From Octopus vulgaris (Eukaryota): a stretch of DNA of 64,000 nt. The position numbers and the translations under genes are program-made. Below the pieces are notes generated by a model. It saw only the letters and a list, made by a program, of their open reading frames with translations. It searched no databases and was not told the origin of the DNA. Below are positions 26,892 through 40,729 of the stretch, piece after piece. The DNA lies in assembly GCA_951406725.2 (NCBI GenBank), contig OX597832.1, positions 35,340,001-35,404,000 of the forward strand, written 5' to 3'. Each line of letters opens with the position of its first letter. Position 1 is the stretch's first letter.

Positions 26892-26926
26892 GTTTAACGT
26901 TTCGAGCGGAGCTCTTCGTCAGAAAC
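26892..26926 (-). ncRNA. Minimal hammerhead ribozyme motif in a Penelope-type terminal repeat
   Basis: GUUU-CUGACGA-A-GAGC-UCC-GCUC-GAAA-CGUU-AAAC: intact core, 4-bp stem II, palindromic ACGU stem III, stem I GUUU/AAAC. Confidence 0.65.
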
Positions 26927-26994
26927 ATAGGAAAAGGAAAGATCCAAAGAAGGGAAGACGGAGGAAAAAGAATCACCAACGGTACACACGCGGT

Positions 26995-27026
<32 letters not shown>

Positions 27027-27042
27027 CATATGAATATATATG

Positions 27043-27097
<55 letters not shown>

Positions 27098-27269
27098 ATA
27101 TATGTATATATATGTGTATATATGTAGATATATATACATATATATTATTATTTATATATATATATGCGTACACATACTTACACACATGCATCATATACTC
27201 ACACATACATATACATACGCACACACACACATATACATACATACATATATATATATCAAGTAGGTACTG

Positions 27270-29025
27270 CAAATTTAGGGTGAATACTTGATAAGTGTAA
27301 GCACCTGTGTACGCCAGATAGTTGCAGAGATGAGAGAGAATATATCAAATAAAATCAAAAACAGAACACAAAGGATATCTTTATAAACGACCTGTTCTTA
27401 CATCAGTGTATAATAGATATAAAAGATGGTTTAAAGCTCTCTTCAGCGGCATACATTGTTATTCCAAAGAGTTACATCTCAGTATAATTTTTGAAGTAGT
27501 CAAGTTTTTAAGATGTGGTCTGTACTTTTGTATGAACAGTTTTTCCTTGTTTAGGCATTCCTGTAAGGAAATTGCATCATTGCATTTGTTTAATGGAAAG
27601 ATTTGGAAATTCAACATTTTATTTCTTGCGTATCTATTGATATGTTCGCTCAGAGCTATCTGCCTATATTAAAGAAAACGAATCTGTTCTCTATGCAGTG
27701 TGACTCTGCATCTCAAAGTAAGGCCCGTTTTGCCCACATAATTGTGGCCACAACCTGAGCTGGTAAGGACATAGATAAGGTTTTGGGAAGCACATATGAA
27801 GTTGGTCTTAATTGAGAATTCTTCTCCTTGCTGGAATGTGAATTCCAAGCCTTCAGTTAGGTATGGGCATGTACCCCAATTAGGTTGTCTGCATTTTTTA
27901 ACTGTTGGTATTGATTATAGTTTTGCCTTTGTTAGGAGTCTCTTGAGTGATTTGTGTTGTCTTTTGCATTTGAGGAGTTTGTGTGTATTTAGGATGTTGT
28001 TAATTTTTGGGTCTTGAGTGAGCAGAGGGAGATTTTGTATAATTGTGTTGTATGCTTCATTGTTTCTGGGGTTGTAGGTTGATATGTATGGGAGTGATTT
28101 AAAGTGAGGTGTGGTGTTTTGTTTTGTTGTCCTTAGTGTGTTTGTGTCCAATTTCTTGGCACATTTAATTCCATGGTCTATAAGTGTGGGTGAGTATTAT
28201 TTCAGTGAGTGTTATTTTGAGGTCTTGTAGGCGAAGTTCTAGAATGGTTGTCAGATACAATTATACAGATCTGTTTTGCTAGATTGAATGGGATATTTAT
28301 TTTGGTGTGTTTGGGATGGAATGAACTGGAAAGGAGATACTGTTTTGAGTCTGTTGGTTTGTTGTAGATGTCAGTTGCAATTTGGTTGTTGGATTTTTTT
28401 TATAATCAAAATGTCCAGAAATGGGAGCTGTTCCTTGCTATATTTCATTGTAAATTGAATATTGGAGTTTATATTGTTCAGTGTGGATTTGAAATCCAAG
28501 AGTTTATTATAGATTTCATTACAGATGATAAAACAATCATCTAAGTACCTTTTCCAGTTTTCTCTTATATACTGGTGGAATGGGGGTCCAAATTTTTGGA
28601 GTGAAAGTTCATATAGAGTAGATTCAAAGAAACCCATTATTAGGTTCACAAGGACAAGTGGTGCTTTCATTCCTGTTGCAATACTGCATTTTTGGTGGTA
28701 GTATGTTGCATCGAATAGGAAGTAATTGTTATGTAGGATGAACGTCATGGATTCAGTAGCAAAACTCTAGATTTTATTGCCTCTTTTCCGTAGTTATGTG
28801 AAATGTTAGTGTAGAGGTTGATGACATTGAAGGAGACTAATAGTGCTTCTTCATTGGTGGTTTTTGTTTGAAGCTCTAGCATGTCCAGATCGTCTCTAAT
28901 GAAACTTTTAGTGTATCTGAAGACAGGTTTCAATAGTATGTCCAGAAAGTTGCTTAGGCGGTGTGTTTCACAGGCTGGGACCGCTATAATAGGCCTTAAT
29001 TTTAAGTCTCCTTTTTTATATTTCA
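27270..29025 (-). mobile_element. Penelope-like retroelement (RT + GIY-YIG), decayed
   Basis: LRPIIA..ACETHRLSNFLDILLKP, SFNVINLYTNI, WKRYLDDCF, IQFTM..LPFLDI and IYNKPTDSKQYL, then NLIYVLTSSGCGHNYVGKT..LRCR (GIY-YIG). Frameshifted. Confidence 0.9.
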
Positions 29026-29529
29026 AATGTAAAAACTAACTTGCATAAGCATACGCCAAGAGATTTTGTTTGCATGCATGTACATACATGCATGCATCCA
29101 TCCATCCATCCATCCATCCATACATACATACATACATGCAAACATACATACATATATATAAGAATACCCTGTTGTTGATGTTGAAATTCTAATGAGCCTT
29201 GGATCTAAGTTAGAAACTGGCTCTTTCTCTATTGGCTAGAAAATCTTGAAATAAAACTGCATAATGTGTGTGTATATGTGTGTGTGTGCCTGTGCGTGTG
29301 CGTGCGTGAGTGTAAAATTTGGTGGATGAAAATTGTGAGAAATCCGTCTAAGAGATTGCTTTTTTTTTATAATTAACTTTTTTTTCCCCAATTTTCTCTG
29401 ATATAATTTAAGACAGCACGGCCTGGGACCGTGAAGTCCTGTATAAAATGAATGGAGAACAGGACCTCCTTTTTTTTTGAAAAAAAGGAAAAAGAGAAGA
29501 GATTGTTTCTACTTTTATTTGTTTTATTT

Positions 29530-30241
29530 GTTTCAGTCATTTGACTATGGCCATGCTGGAGCACTGCCTTCAGTTGAACAAATCAACCCCAGAACTTATT
29601 CTTTGTAAGCCTAGTACTTATTCTATCGGTTTCTTTTACCGAACCGCTAAATTACGGGTACGTAAACACACCAACATCGGTTGTAAAGCGATGGTGGCGG
29701 GGGGGGGGGCAAACATATATCTATATATATAAAACTCTAGTTGTGTGAGTGTCTGTCCCCTTCGATTTAGATTCCTAACTCCTCCCACATTTTGCGGTGC
29801 AGTTTAACCAAATTCGGGTATCTTATAGTCGTGATTCATATCGAGCCCGTCTGGCTATTAGCGCGCGTCAACGATGAGTCTACGATTTTAAAAATAATTT
29901 AACATCATTTTTTTATTCCATTTTAATGCATAATTTTTCGTTTGTCGATGGCGCCGGAGTTGGCGTCCACGCTCACAGCTGCACCTGTTTGCTTCTCCCC
30001 CTTCCCTCCCTCGTGAAGCTGTGGGGAAGGGAGTGTAAAGAAGTCAACGTCGTAATGCGTTGTCAAGGAAACCAGCGTTCTTTTAGAACAACGACTTCAT
30101 GGCTTGAAGACACTGAGTCAACGATTTAAAAAAAAAATTATCATCAATTTTTATTCCATTTTTAATGCATTTTTTTGCATTAAAAATGCTTATATAGTTA
30201 TTTCCCTTACAAACCCGAGCAACGCCGGGCGATACTGCTAG

Positions 30242-30275
<34 letters not shown>

Positions 30276-30420
30276 TATACATATATACGACGGGCTTCTT
30301 TCAGTTTCCATCTACCAAATCCACTCGGAAGGCTTTGGTTGGCCTGAGGCTATAGTGGAAGACAATTGCCCAAGGTGCCACGCAGTGGAACTGAACCCGG
30401 AACTATGTGGTTAGCCACTC
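29530..30420 (-). mobile_element. tRNA-derived SINE interrupted by a Helitron
   Basis: Halves 29530-29718 and 30242-30420 are collinear with the copy at 9715-10005. Confidence 0.7.
29720..30241 (+). mobile_element. Non-autonomous Helitron
   Basis: A|TC 5' end, 3' GC hairpin CCCGAGCAACGCCGGG then CTAG|T. Second copy at ~62500-62891. Confidence 0.82.
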
Positions 30421-31043
30421 CTACGAATTTAATAATATGTCACCTAGTTTTAACACTAAATATCTTGCCTTTTATTGTCTCTTAGCGGAGCCAACTCTGC
30501 TGCATTAGAATCTGGTCTTCATCTCTTGATACGAGGAATGTTATAATATTGGATACATTACTCAGTAACATACATTATCAGAATAGATTATATCGAACAT
30601 ACATTATCAATCGACCAACAATCGATTGCAGCTGCGTAGTTGCAAGTAGCAGCAACAGTTGCAGCTCCAAGAGTAATTAACAAAAAGCAAGAGACTTAGT
30701 GACGACCATAGAACAGCTGCGCGACTCTACAACTCACCTCCCTCCCTCCCTCAGTATCGCCGTCTCTCCCTCCCTCCCATCTCACTACTGTCCTCTCCTT
30801 CTCCCACTCGCTATACTATATCACTCTATCTGTATCAATAGTAGGCATTGACGGTAAATCATAAACTGATGAGCCTCACTATGAAACAGGAGAGAATTAG
30901 CGGCGGTTGTAATGGTTACATTAATTGTAGAAGTTATAATAGTTAACAAAAAAACGAAATGAAAATATATCCAAAACTACTCAAAACTTCAATACTATGA
31001 CTTTAGGCTATTTATATTTATATTTATCGCCATTTTACTGGTT

Positions 31044-31126
31044 AGCACGATGGCCGAGTGGTTAAGGCGTTGGACTTAAGTTCCAATGGACGAGTGTCCG
31101 CGTGGGTTCGAACCCCACTCGTGCTA
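31044..31126 (+). tRNA. tRNA-Leu (anticodon TAA)
   Basis: Acceptor stem AGCACGA/TCGTGCT, D arm GCCGAGTGGTTAAGGC, anticodon stem TTGGA/TCCAA with loop CT-TAA-GT, long variable arm, T arm GTGGG-TTCGAAC-CCCAC, discriminator A, T6 terminator at 31133-31138. Confidence 0.96.
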
Positions 31127-32249
31127 AAAATATTTTTTGATAGCATTTTTTTGCTTAATTTATTTTCACTTTAAATTTATATTGCTGTTTTTACTGCAAG
31201 ACAAATTTTTACTTATTTATGTATTTTTAATTACAAGAAATCTACGAGAAAGCCTCTGTATGATAGTTTGAAAGTTAGAAATAGCAGCCGAGATTCTCAA
31301 ATCATACTTTATCATCTTACAAAAGGACACATGGGTAAAAAAAAAAATATTATTTACTTAAACATAGCGGGAACGTTATACATAGACATATAATCAGGAC
31401 CGACTTGGGACTAAAGTATATCTACAACTGTGTGGCTGTACTATTACAAAAATGGCGCAAGTGCTTCAAGAGAGTGTGTGCTGGATCCAGTATATGTAAA
31501 TATCAACATTCGTTAAATCAACGTTGATGTAGTTTCTGCACTTTAGTGACCTAAATATTCGTTATATTGTACATCAATTAACAATACCAGCTTTCTGAGA
31601 GGAGTTTTATACAGTCCATCTCTGCACGCATTAATCGTATATAATGAACACAAATAATGTTATAGAAGGTCTCCCTATATCTGTTCCAAATTCTCGAATG
31701 AAAGGGAGGTGAATTGTCAATCAGTCTATATATGTTCTATCGAAAGAAGTGATGCAGTACAACCTGTTAAAATCCAACCTTGCTTTTCCTCGCCTTTTAT
31801 CCTTTCGGATTTGATAAAGTAAACACAACCAATGCTTATTAGTCGGTTTAACCAAATAATATTATATATCTCTGTCTGTTACACATTTATGGTAGACATA
31901 TTGAAGACTTCGAGTTTCAAATTCTGCTGTGCTTGCTTTTGTAGTGGAGGGGCGATTAATAATTATCAATCAAATATTCAGAATAAATCAATCCGCTATG
32001 CAGTCCACTTCGAAGTTTTTGGCCTTTGTTAATGGCCTAAAGTAAATGTTGCTCCATAGAGCTGAATAAAGTACACTGAAAAAGAATTATGTGCTGTATT
32101 CGATAGTTTGGGTTCTATGGTTTATCATGGAGTCGACTCACTCCACTATAAATTTCAGTTCTAACAGACACGTTATCTGGCATCTAGTCGGAAGAAATAA
32201 CCATTTTCAGCTCCACCATCAACTTTTACCACTCAATTTAATACCGAAG

Positions 32250-32460
32250 ACGGCGAGCTGACAAATTTGTTAGCACGCCGGACAAAATGCTTTGCAGTAT
32301 TTCGTCCGTCTTCATGTCCTGAGTTCAAATTCCGCCGAGGTCGACTTTGTTTTATCCTTTCGACGTCGATAAAATAAGTACCAGTTGAACACTGGGGTCG
32401 ATGTAATCGGTTTACCCCTACCCCAAAATTGCTGGCACTGTGCCAAAATTTGAAATCAAT
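32250..32460 (+). mobile_element. SINE (same core family as 15690-15885)
   Basis: GGCGAGCTGAC...GAGTTCAAATTCCGCCGAGGTCGACTTTG...GTACCAG. Confidence 0.75.
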
Positions 32461-32470
32461 TTAATTTTTA

Positions 32471-32550
32471 AGGACAATGGTCAAATGGTTAAGGCGTGAG
32501 ATTTAATTTGTAAGTGAATTCCCGTATAGGTTCATACCCGACAGGTGTTA
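32471..32550 (+). pseudogene. Decayed tRNA-Leu(TAA)-like copy
   Basis: ATGGTCAAATGGTTAAGGCGT..ATTTAA and GGTTCATACCC align with the 31044 gene, but the stems are broken. Confidence 0.55.
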
Positions 32551-32575
32551 GATTAATCAATTTGTTTTTAATATA

Positions 32576-35425
32576 TGTGGGAAGAAGATGGTGATGACGT
32601 CAATAGTCAAGGGACTGACCGGAAGAGGAAGTGCGGGAGGGGAAATTGACGGAGAGAGGCGGGTGTGGGCCCTTTTTACCCGTCGGAGGCATCGAGGACG
32701 GAAGTTAGGGTATCCGCTCCGGGGTTGGTCAGATAGCAGCTGCTTATAGTGGGTGACAGAGGCAGGGCGGGATCGCCGGAGAGATTACTGCTAGACAGGC
32801 AACTGCCGTTCAAACCGAAATGATCCGAGAAGCTTACACAGAGGGAGAGTACACCGCTTTTACTAAGCTGGGAATGGTCAGATTAACGAATATGCTGCGG
32901 AGGTACGGAGGCTGGCTGTGTTGTCTGGTCTTACCGGGAGAGGGACTGGAGAAGGTAGCGCGACCGGCCTTTGTGAATGGTTTTCCCGACGACGTGTCGG
33001 TGCAACTACAACAATTGTCAAGCGGCAGCAATAAAGCGATGAGCGAGGTCATCGTTCAAGCCCGCGAGTGATGACGGTTGCAGAATCCCGCGACACTGCG
33101 CGACGGCTGGTGAAAGACGAAAAGAGACCTGCTGTGGAACGACAGCGGCCGTTCGCCAGCCGATGTTTTAAGTACTAGGGACTGCACATGGCGCGGGACT
33201 GCGTGGAGCCCGGACCAGTTTGCTACCGGTGCAAACAGACTGAGCAATCGCCCGAAATTGCGGCCAGGGAAAAGGCCACGGGGTAGCCGCTGCCTCTCAA
33301 ACTTCCCCCGCGAACGAGTAGAGGCGCTGGTGCAGTCGCAGCCCGTAGTTGAGGTCGTGGTCGGAGGAAACACGTTCAAGGCCCTCGTGGACATGGGTTG
33401 CACAACGACTCTCGTGACCCCAAAGGTGACAAAGAAATGGAAAGGGACAAGTAGTGTTCGGGCGGTCGACGGCAGCGAAATCGAACAGCGACGTGGAGAT
33501 AGCGAGGCACAACGCTAAGGCTGCGGGCGATCGTGATCGACTATATGGTAGACGGGATTGATGTGGTAATGGGGATGGACGTGATCGACCGCCTTGGAGG
33601 TGTCAGTGTTGGAGGCGACCTGGTTTCGTTTGGTGCCGTCGGGGCGTAGTGCGCCGTGAGTCAGGAATGTGAGCGGGAGCAGAGCTCCGCGAGGGGATAC
33701 ACTGCCTACACCATTGAAGACAGGGAATTTCTGGCGGCGTTCGATGGTCAGTGGTGGACGATAGAGTGGCGCTGGAAAGAGAAACCCCCGACGCTGAAGA
33801 ATAGGGTGATCTGCTACCAGCATACCCTGAAAGGACATGCCCGGAGCGAGTTAGAAGAGGTAGAGAGGTGGATTAAGGAAGGTGTCTTTATCCCGTGGAA
33901 GAAGGTGGTGAGTGGAGCACTACCGCTAATAGGAGTGGTGCAAGCCAACAAAGGAAAAGTCAGACCAATACTGGACTTCCGGGAGATGAATGGCTATGTA
34001 TCGTGCCACACAGGTGGCGAGGCAACCGACGTCTGCAGTGAGTCACTGCGCGTATGGAGAGAGTCAACTAAGGCAGCGACGATCGTCGACTTGAAGTCAG
34101 CATATTTGCTGCTCCATGTGAGCGACAAACTGGGGAAATACCAGCGGGTGCGTTACAAGGGCCGGACATGTCTGACGAGGCTGGGTTTGGGGCTGAATTC
34201 TGCGCCGAAGTTCATGGCGACAGTGCTCAAATCCATCCTGGGAAAGGTGGATAGGATAAGAAGGGCCACCAATTCCTATATAGATGACATTTTAATGGAC
34301 GAGATCGTTGTACCTGCCACAGAGGTTGTGAGACATCTGAAGAAATTCAAGCTGATTGTGAAGCCACCGGAACCAATGGTTAGAGGAGCTGCACTAGGGC
34401 TTAAGCTTCAAAGAGACGGAACAGGCATGCTGGTGTTTAGGAGGGGGAATGAGATCCCGGAGCTGGGTACCAACGTCAGCAGGAGAGAACTGTTCTCGGT
34501 GTGCGGGAAATTAGCAGGTCTCCACCCGATCGCGGTGTGGTTGCGTACGGCATGCAGTTACACCAAGAGACGAGCTGAAGGGGGAACTGGGGTGACAAGG
34601 TGGAAGAGAGGACGTGGCGATGATGCGGGAAATACTAGAGAGGACGAGAGCGGAAGACCCAATTAGATGGAACTGGCTTGTGCCCAAATCGGATAACGGC
34701 ACCATATGGTGTGATGCTTGAAGCATCACAATAGCAGTTGTGTTGGAAATCGGAGGTGCCGAAGTGGAGGATGTGGCCTGGCTTCAAAAAGCAGATGACT
34801 ACAACCACATCAATGTCACTGAGTTGGACACAGTGCTGATGGGAGTGGAATTTGCCTTGAAATGGGGGATACGCTCCATCGAAATTTGGACGGATTCGGC
34901 CACCGTGCTTGGCTGGGTAGGATCGGTGATCACCGATGAGAAGCGGGTACAAACCAAAGGGCTGCGGAACTGTTAGTGACGCGCCGCCTGGGGGTTCTTG
35001 GAGTGCTGATCGGCGAGTTCGGCCTGAAGCTGAACGTGGTCTTTGTACTTTCAGAGAGAAACAAGGCAGACGTTCTAACCAGGATTAAAAAAGGCCTGGT
35101 TAGGGAAGCCGGAAGAATCGAAGCAAGGGGTAGCTGCGGTGTGTCGGTTAAATGGCTCCGAGCTAAGGAGACTGCGTACCATGCATCATATAGACGTGGA
35201 TAGGACCCTGTATCTAGCCAGGAGGATTGACGCCGACGTTACTAGATGAAGCATCCAAAAGGTAGTAGGGAACTGCGACAGGTGTCAATCCAGCGACCCT
35301 GCTCCGGGTGCGCATGATCAGGGTAGCATTTCGGTAGAGCACAACTGGATGTAACACAATACCGGCAGGGGACGTATCTGTCGATGGTTGATTGTGGGCC
35401 GAGCCGGATGGCGGGGGAAGTTTGA
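32576..35425 (+). mobile_element. Ty3/Gypsy LTR retrotransposon, decayed and deleted (gag-PR-RT-RH-IN order)
   Basis: GC-rich block starting TGTGGG. Two degenerate CCHC knuckles (~33160-33262), protease FKALVDMG, RT VRPILDFREMN/IVDLKSAY/NSYIDDIL, RNase H IWTDSATV/NKADVLTR, integrase Zn finger CDRCQSSDP. Frameshifts and stops. Confidence 0.9.
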
Positions 35426-37849
35426 GAGGCTGCGCGATCTTTGCCACGCTCAACTGTTGAAAGCATTTGGGTCAGACCACTGGTTTCAGTATACTTTTTT
35501 CCCTCCCACTATCTCTCCTAGCAATCTCAAAGGCCCTGGAAAGGGACATGGGCACTATTCTTCCTCCTAACTAAGCGATAAAATTTGCCTGTTGTACTCC
35601 TCAGATATATTTTCATTCGTTTAAGGGTCGCCGAAAGAGGGCCCTACACCATAATGATTGACCTTATAAACAGTTTCAACTACACCAGCTGCAGTTGATT
35701 GTGAACCTGATCGATGCGTATGGTCAGTGACAAATTGTATAGCTTGTCTTTTCTGCCTTTAAATCCAAATCAACACCATGTGATTCAACAAGTTGATAGT
35801 GCTCATCTTAATTTATCTAAGGCTTCAGGACTGATTATAATATAAATACGTGTTCGTCGTCACCATTTAATCGTGTTAACATTCTACAACCTTGTCCAGA
35901 TTGAAATAATAGGTAGATACACGAGAGCAGTTTTTAGCATTTGTGCCAGGGACACTTCTGTTGATTACTTATTAAACAGAGTTTACAACCGGTCGGTCAT
36001 TTTACCAAAGAATTCTTGTTTTCTTGAATGAAAAACGTGCGTCTTGGATGATCTCTTTAATAGTTTAACCCAACTTTTCGGGTGTTATTAAACGTGTTTT
36101 AAAGTTTTCTTCGAATTTGCCGTTAATAGGAAAGTCCTTGCTTGGTATTAGTTATTATAACACATACGGCCATTCTCTGGAAGCAATTGATGGTACTTTT
36201 CTGCTTGATTATTATTTTTAGTACTATAAGCAATTCTATGAAGAAATCAGACATGCATATCGTATTCAATAATATAAAGTCCAATGTGAAGCCTTTCATT
36301 TTCCCTTCAGTGATGAATCTGAAAGATATTGCGATTCGGCCAACTGTTACAATATACGCTAAACACTGTTTCATGTCATTTGCTTGGCTGCGAAAAACAA
36401 CCTCAGCAATTTCATTTCAGACCATAGGTTAAGACTACTATAAATGTACATCTAATTTTGGCAGTTTTTCTCCTAGCTAAGAAGTCTCTGACCAAAGATA
36501 AAGAAGTTTTTCTTTCTTTCAGCTTTGAAAAACATGTCCAAATTGTTTTCGTTGAACTAAACTTTTCTCTTTCTTCCTTTCTTTTTCTATATTTTTGTCA
36601 TCAACTTTCGTCAAACACTTGAAATTTCTATGTGACAAATATTTGTCTATGGTATATTTTTAAGGTTTATATGTCAATCAGTCTCCTGAGACACTGGCCT
36701 ACCAAATTTGTTGTCATTGTTATTTTCGTGATGTTACGAAAAAGAAAATATAAAAATTCTTCGACTTCATTTCAATTTGTCAATGATTTTCAACTACCTC
36801 TGTTGAACATCAGTTGTTATTCTGCCGATGTCTACAACCATAAGTTCCTGGTCGTAAGTATGTGAATTTTTTTAAAATCCGAAAAAATGTCGCAACGTAA
36901 AAATAAACTCAAGGATGTAACTAACAACACACCTTCATTGTAATCTAAAATACCCACTTCCCTCTCAAAATAATTTGAACTAATACATTTACAGACGCCA
37001 TTTTTATTAAGAAGAGTGAAAGTAGAGTTGTAAGCTCAAATGTCGTTACATGATAGTTTAAAGTTTAGAGGGAAACATGAAATATAAAATTACTTTTCAA
37101 ACTTAGCGTTTTTCTGAGGCACTTATGACGATTCTTCGTTTCCAGGGCCCCATGAAGGTGAAACAACAAAATTTGCTGTTAATTGTTTGAACTCTTTTCT
37201 ATTAGCATTTCATTTACTTTCACAGAAGACCTACTTATCTACCCCAGACGTAAGAGGTATGTGCAAACTGTCTGGTTTAGTATACCTGTGGCTGGATTAA
37301 TCGAAGTTAGTCTACAGCATCAGTTCCAGTTTTCTTTTAGTTTTGAGATTATTTTTTTCTTTGCTTTTATTCAGATTATCAAATATACAACGGAATATTC
37401 AGCTGTCTCAAAACTTTCCAAAGAAAGAATTGAAAAAATTGAAAGAACTGAAAAAATGGTATTGTATTAGCAACGCCTTGCAGAAATTTTATTTGCTTCG
37501 AAAAAAGAAAACTTTGAAGCTAATGAAGAAGTAACAGGTGTCTCTTTTGAGAAACTAGCTGTATATGGATTCTATTAAGGTTCTCATTTTTGTTAAATGA
37601 ATAAATAAGTCAACATTCTAATATCCGAAAGCTGATGAACCAACTAAATTGTTTCTCCATTTTCTTATTTGTATTATAAATTAATGGTAAAATATTTCTT
37701 TACCTTCACCCATTTTGTACAATAAATAAGTTAATTGCATTGCAATTAAAAACACTTGTGTTTTAAGAATTTGGGTATTATACCAACAGTATATTGGATA
37801 AATATTATCCCTTAGTGGGTTGGATCCATAACCCCTAACTTACTTAGTG

Positions 37850-37921
<72 letters not shown>

Positions 37922-37961
37922 GTAGGCAAAAATTTATAAAGTGACATATCTACTTTAAGAT

Positions 37962-38007
<46 letters not shown>

Positions 38008-38139
38008 CGCATGGCCCATGATTGTTTCGATTCAGTTGCTTCAGGAATTATTTGGCTTGTAGGTAAGTAATGAAAATATTTCTTATTAAATGCATCACAC
38101 ACACAAGCACAAATATATATATATATATATATATATAAA

Positions 38140-38201
<62 letters not shown>

Positions 38202-38322
38202 CTTTATACTTTGATACTTTGTATGTATGTATGTATGTATGTATGTATGTATGTATGTATAAAAATGTATGTAGGCTAAAATTTCATCAAAAGTGGCAGC
38301 ATATCAAAATACCTTTAAAGAT

Positions 38323-38368
<46 letters not shown>

Positions 38369-38496
38369 GGAGGCGCAATGGCCCAGTGGATTGCGGTTTC
38401 GATTCCCAGAGAGTTGCTTTACAGGAATTATCGTTGGCTGTGGTAAGGTTAAGTAATGAAAATATTTCTTATTAAAATGCATACACACACACAAGC

Positions 38497-38546
<50 letters not shown>

Positions 38547-38638
38547 TCACAAATATATATATATATATACTTTGATACTTTGATAGGTTACGGCCATGTC
38601 TAACTTAATAGCACCACCTGGTGAAGTCTTTCAAGTCA

Positions 38639-39040
<402 letters not shown>

Positions 39041-40105
39041 GATATATATGACGGGCTTCTTTCAGTTTCCGTCCACCTAATCCACTCATACGGCTTTGGT
39101 CGATCTGGGGCTTTGTTAGCGGCCATCTTGTCCAGTAGACAGATAATGATGTCACTTCATCTGGGCATTTAGGTAGGTTCAGATGAGATGAACTAACATG
39201 AAGCTATTGATCGGTTGGCTGCTCTCTACTCAACTGTCCATTAAGGCGCGGTTCTGTTTACTAACACCAGATGACCATTATCATTTATCTAGAACTGAAA
39301 ATGGTCGTTAATGTGTGTGTGTTAATGTATGTGTGTGTATGTGTGTGTGTGTGTGTGTGTGCAGTGTATGTTTACTGTGAATGTGTGTTTGTATGTGTTG
39401 TGTGGAGTGGTGCGATGCGACGTCCAGCAACTACAGCTGGCTTTGGGTAATTATATCGTTCAATGATAACCCACCCATATAAGCCGTCCATAATATCACT
39501 GACGAACAACAATTCCGACATGCATCGATTGAATCCATTACTTATCTATAAATGTACGTACGTGCGCGCATGCGTGAGAGCGCGTACATGCATGCACGAG
39601 TATGTGTGTGTCTGTGTACGCATGCGTGTGCGTGCGTATGCATGTATATTTGTGTGAGCACGCGTGCGCGCGTGTGCATGTGTGCGTGTTAGCGTGTGTG
39701 TGTGCGCATGAGAGAGCGTGCTTGCGTGTGTGTATGTGTGTGTGTACGTGAGCGTGTGTGTACGTGAGCGTGTGTGTGTTAGAGTAGTATACAATCCTTC
39801 CGTTTTTGTTTTTTGACGTTGACAGATGACATACATCATTCGGTTTGTAAGTCCGATATTTTCACTGATTTCTCCATAAATAAATGACAAGAGCCTTAAC
39901 CAATACTTTTCTACCACGTTCAACACCTTCTGCGCTCTTCTCTTATGCCATAAACATAAACATTTATTGAGCAAAGTAGCTTACACACGCGCGTGTACAT
40001 ACAAAAGCGTATACACATATACATACGCGCATAAATTTATACATGTACATGTATACATACTCCATTTTCCTGATTTTCATGCGAGTGTCTTTGGGTAAAG
40101 CGTAT

Positions 40106-40386
40106 TGTGGGATGAGGTGACCCGAAAGGAAAGGGCAGTGACGTCAACAGCCGAGGGGCCCCACTGAAGAGGAAGAGTGAGCGACGAAGTGAGGAGAGTA
40201 AGACCAATGCAGTTCTCTTTGGCCCCGGTGTAATCGTGGTGAACGGACGTGTGTGGAAACGAGGTGAAGACAGGGCTTTAGCAGTAGCTTCTAGTGATAG
40301 GCGAGACGGGTAGGGCACGTCTCGGATTTAACACGGCTGGAAAGCCGAAACTGAAAGGGAAGATGAACTGTGTTTTGTTCCTCACA
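40106..40386 (+). mobile_element. Probable solo LTR related to the Gypsy 5' end at 32576
   Basis: TGTGGGA...CCTCACA termini. Shares a GTGACGTCAAYAGYCRAGGG...GAAGAGGAAG block with 32576-32630. No clear TSD. Confidence 0.55.
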
Positions 40387-40667
40387 TTACAAGCTATTTC
40401 GGCGTCAGGCTGCGTCCTCCAATTCAACACCTCCGATTTCTAGGACAACCCCTATCGCTATGCTGCTGGCATCGCACCACGCGGTCCAATATAGGCACAT
40501 ACCAGCTTCCTCTTACTGGGATTTCTGCTCTTACCCTCTCTAGAATCTCCTGCACCATAACCACCGTACTCTCGAAGAAGAAATATCTCTTCGAAATATA
40601 ATATATTAAACCAGTGTATCTTTAATAAAAAAATATCCCTGTAAGAGTTTAAATATCCTCATTGTTG

Positions 40668-40729
<62 letters not shown>

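Noticed and set aside
33656-34666. Functional reverse transcriptase gene
   Set aside because: Part of a frameshifted Gypsy element with a truncated integrase and no matching second LTR.
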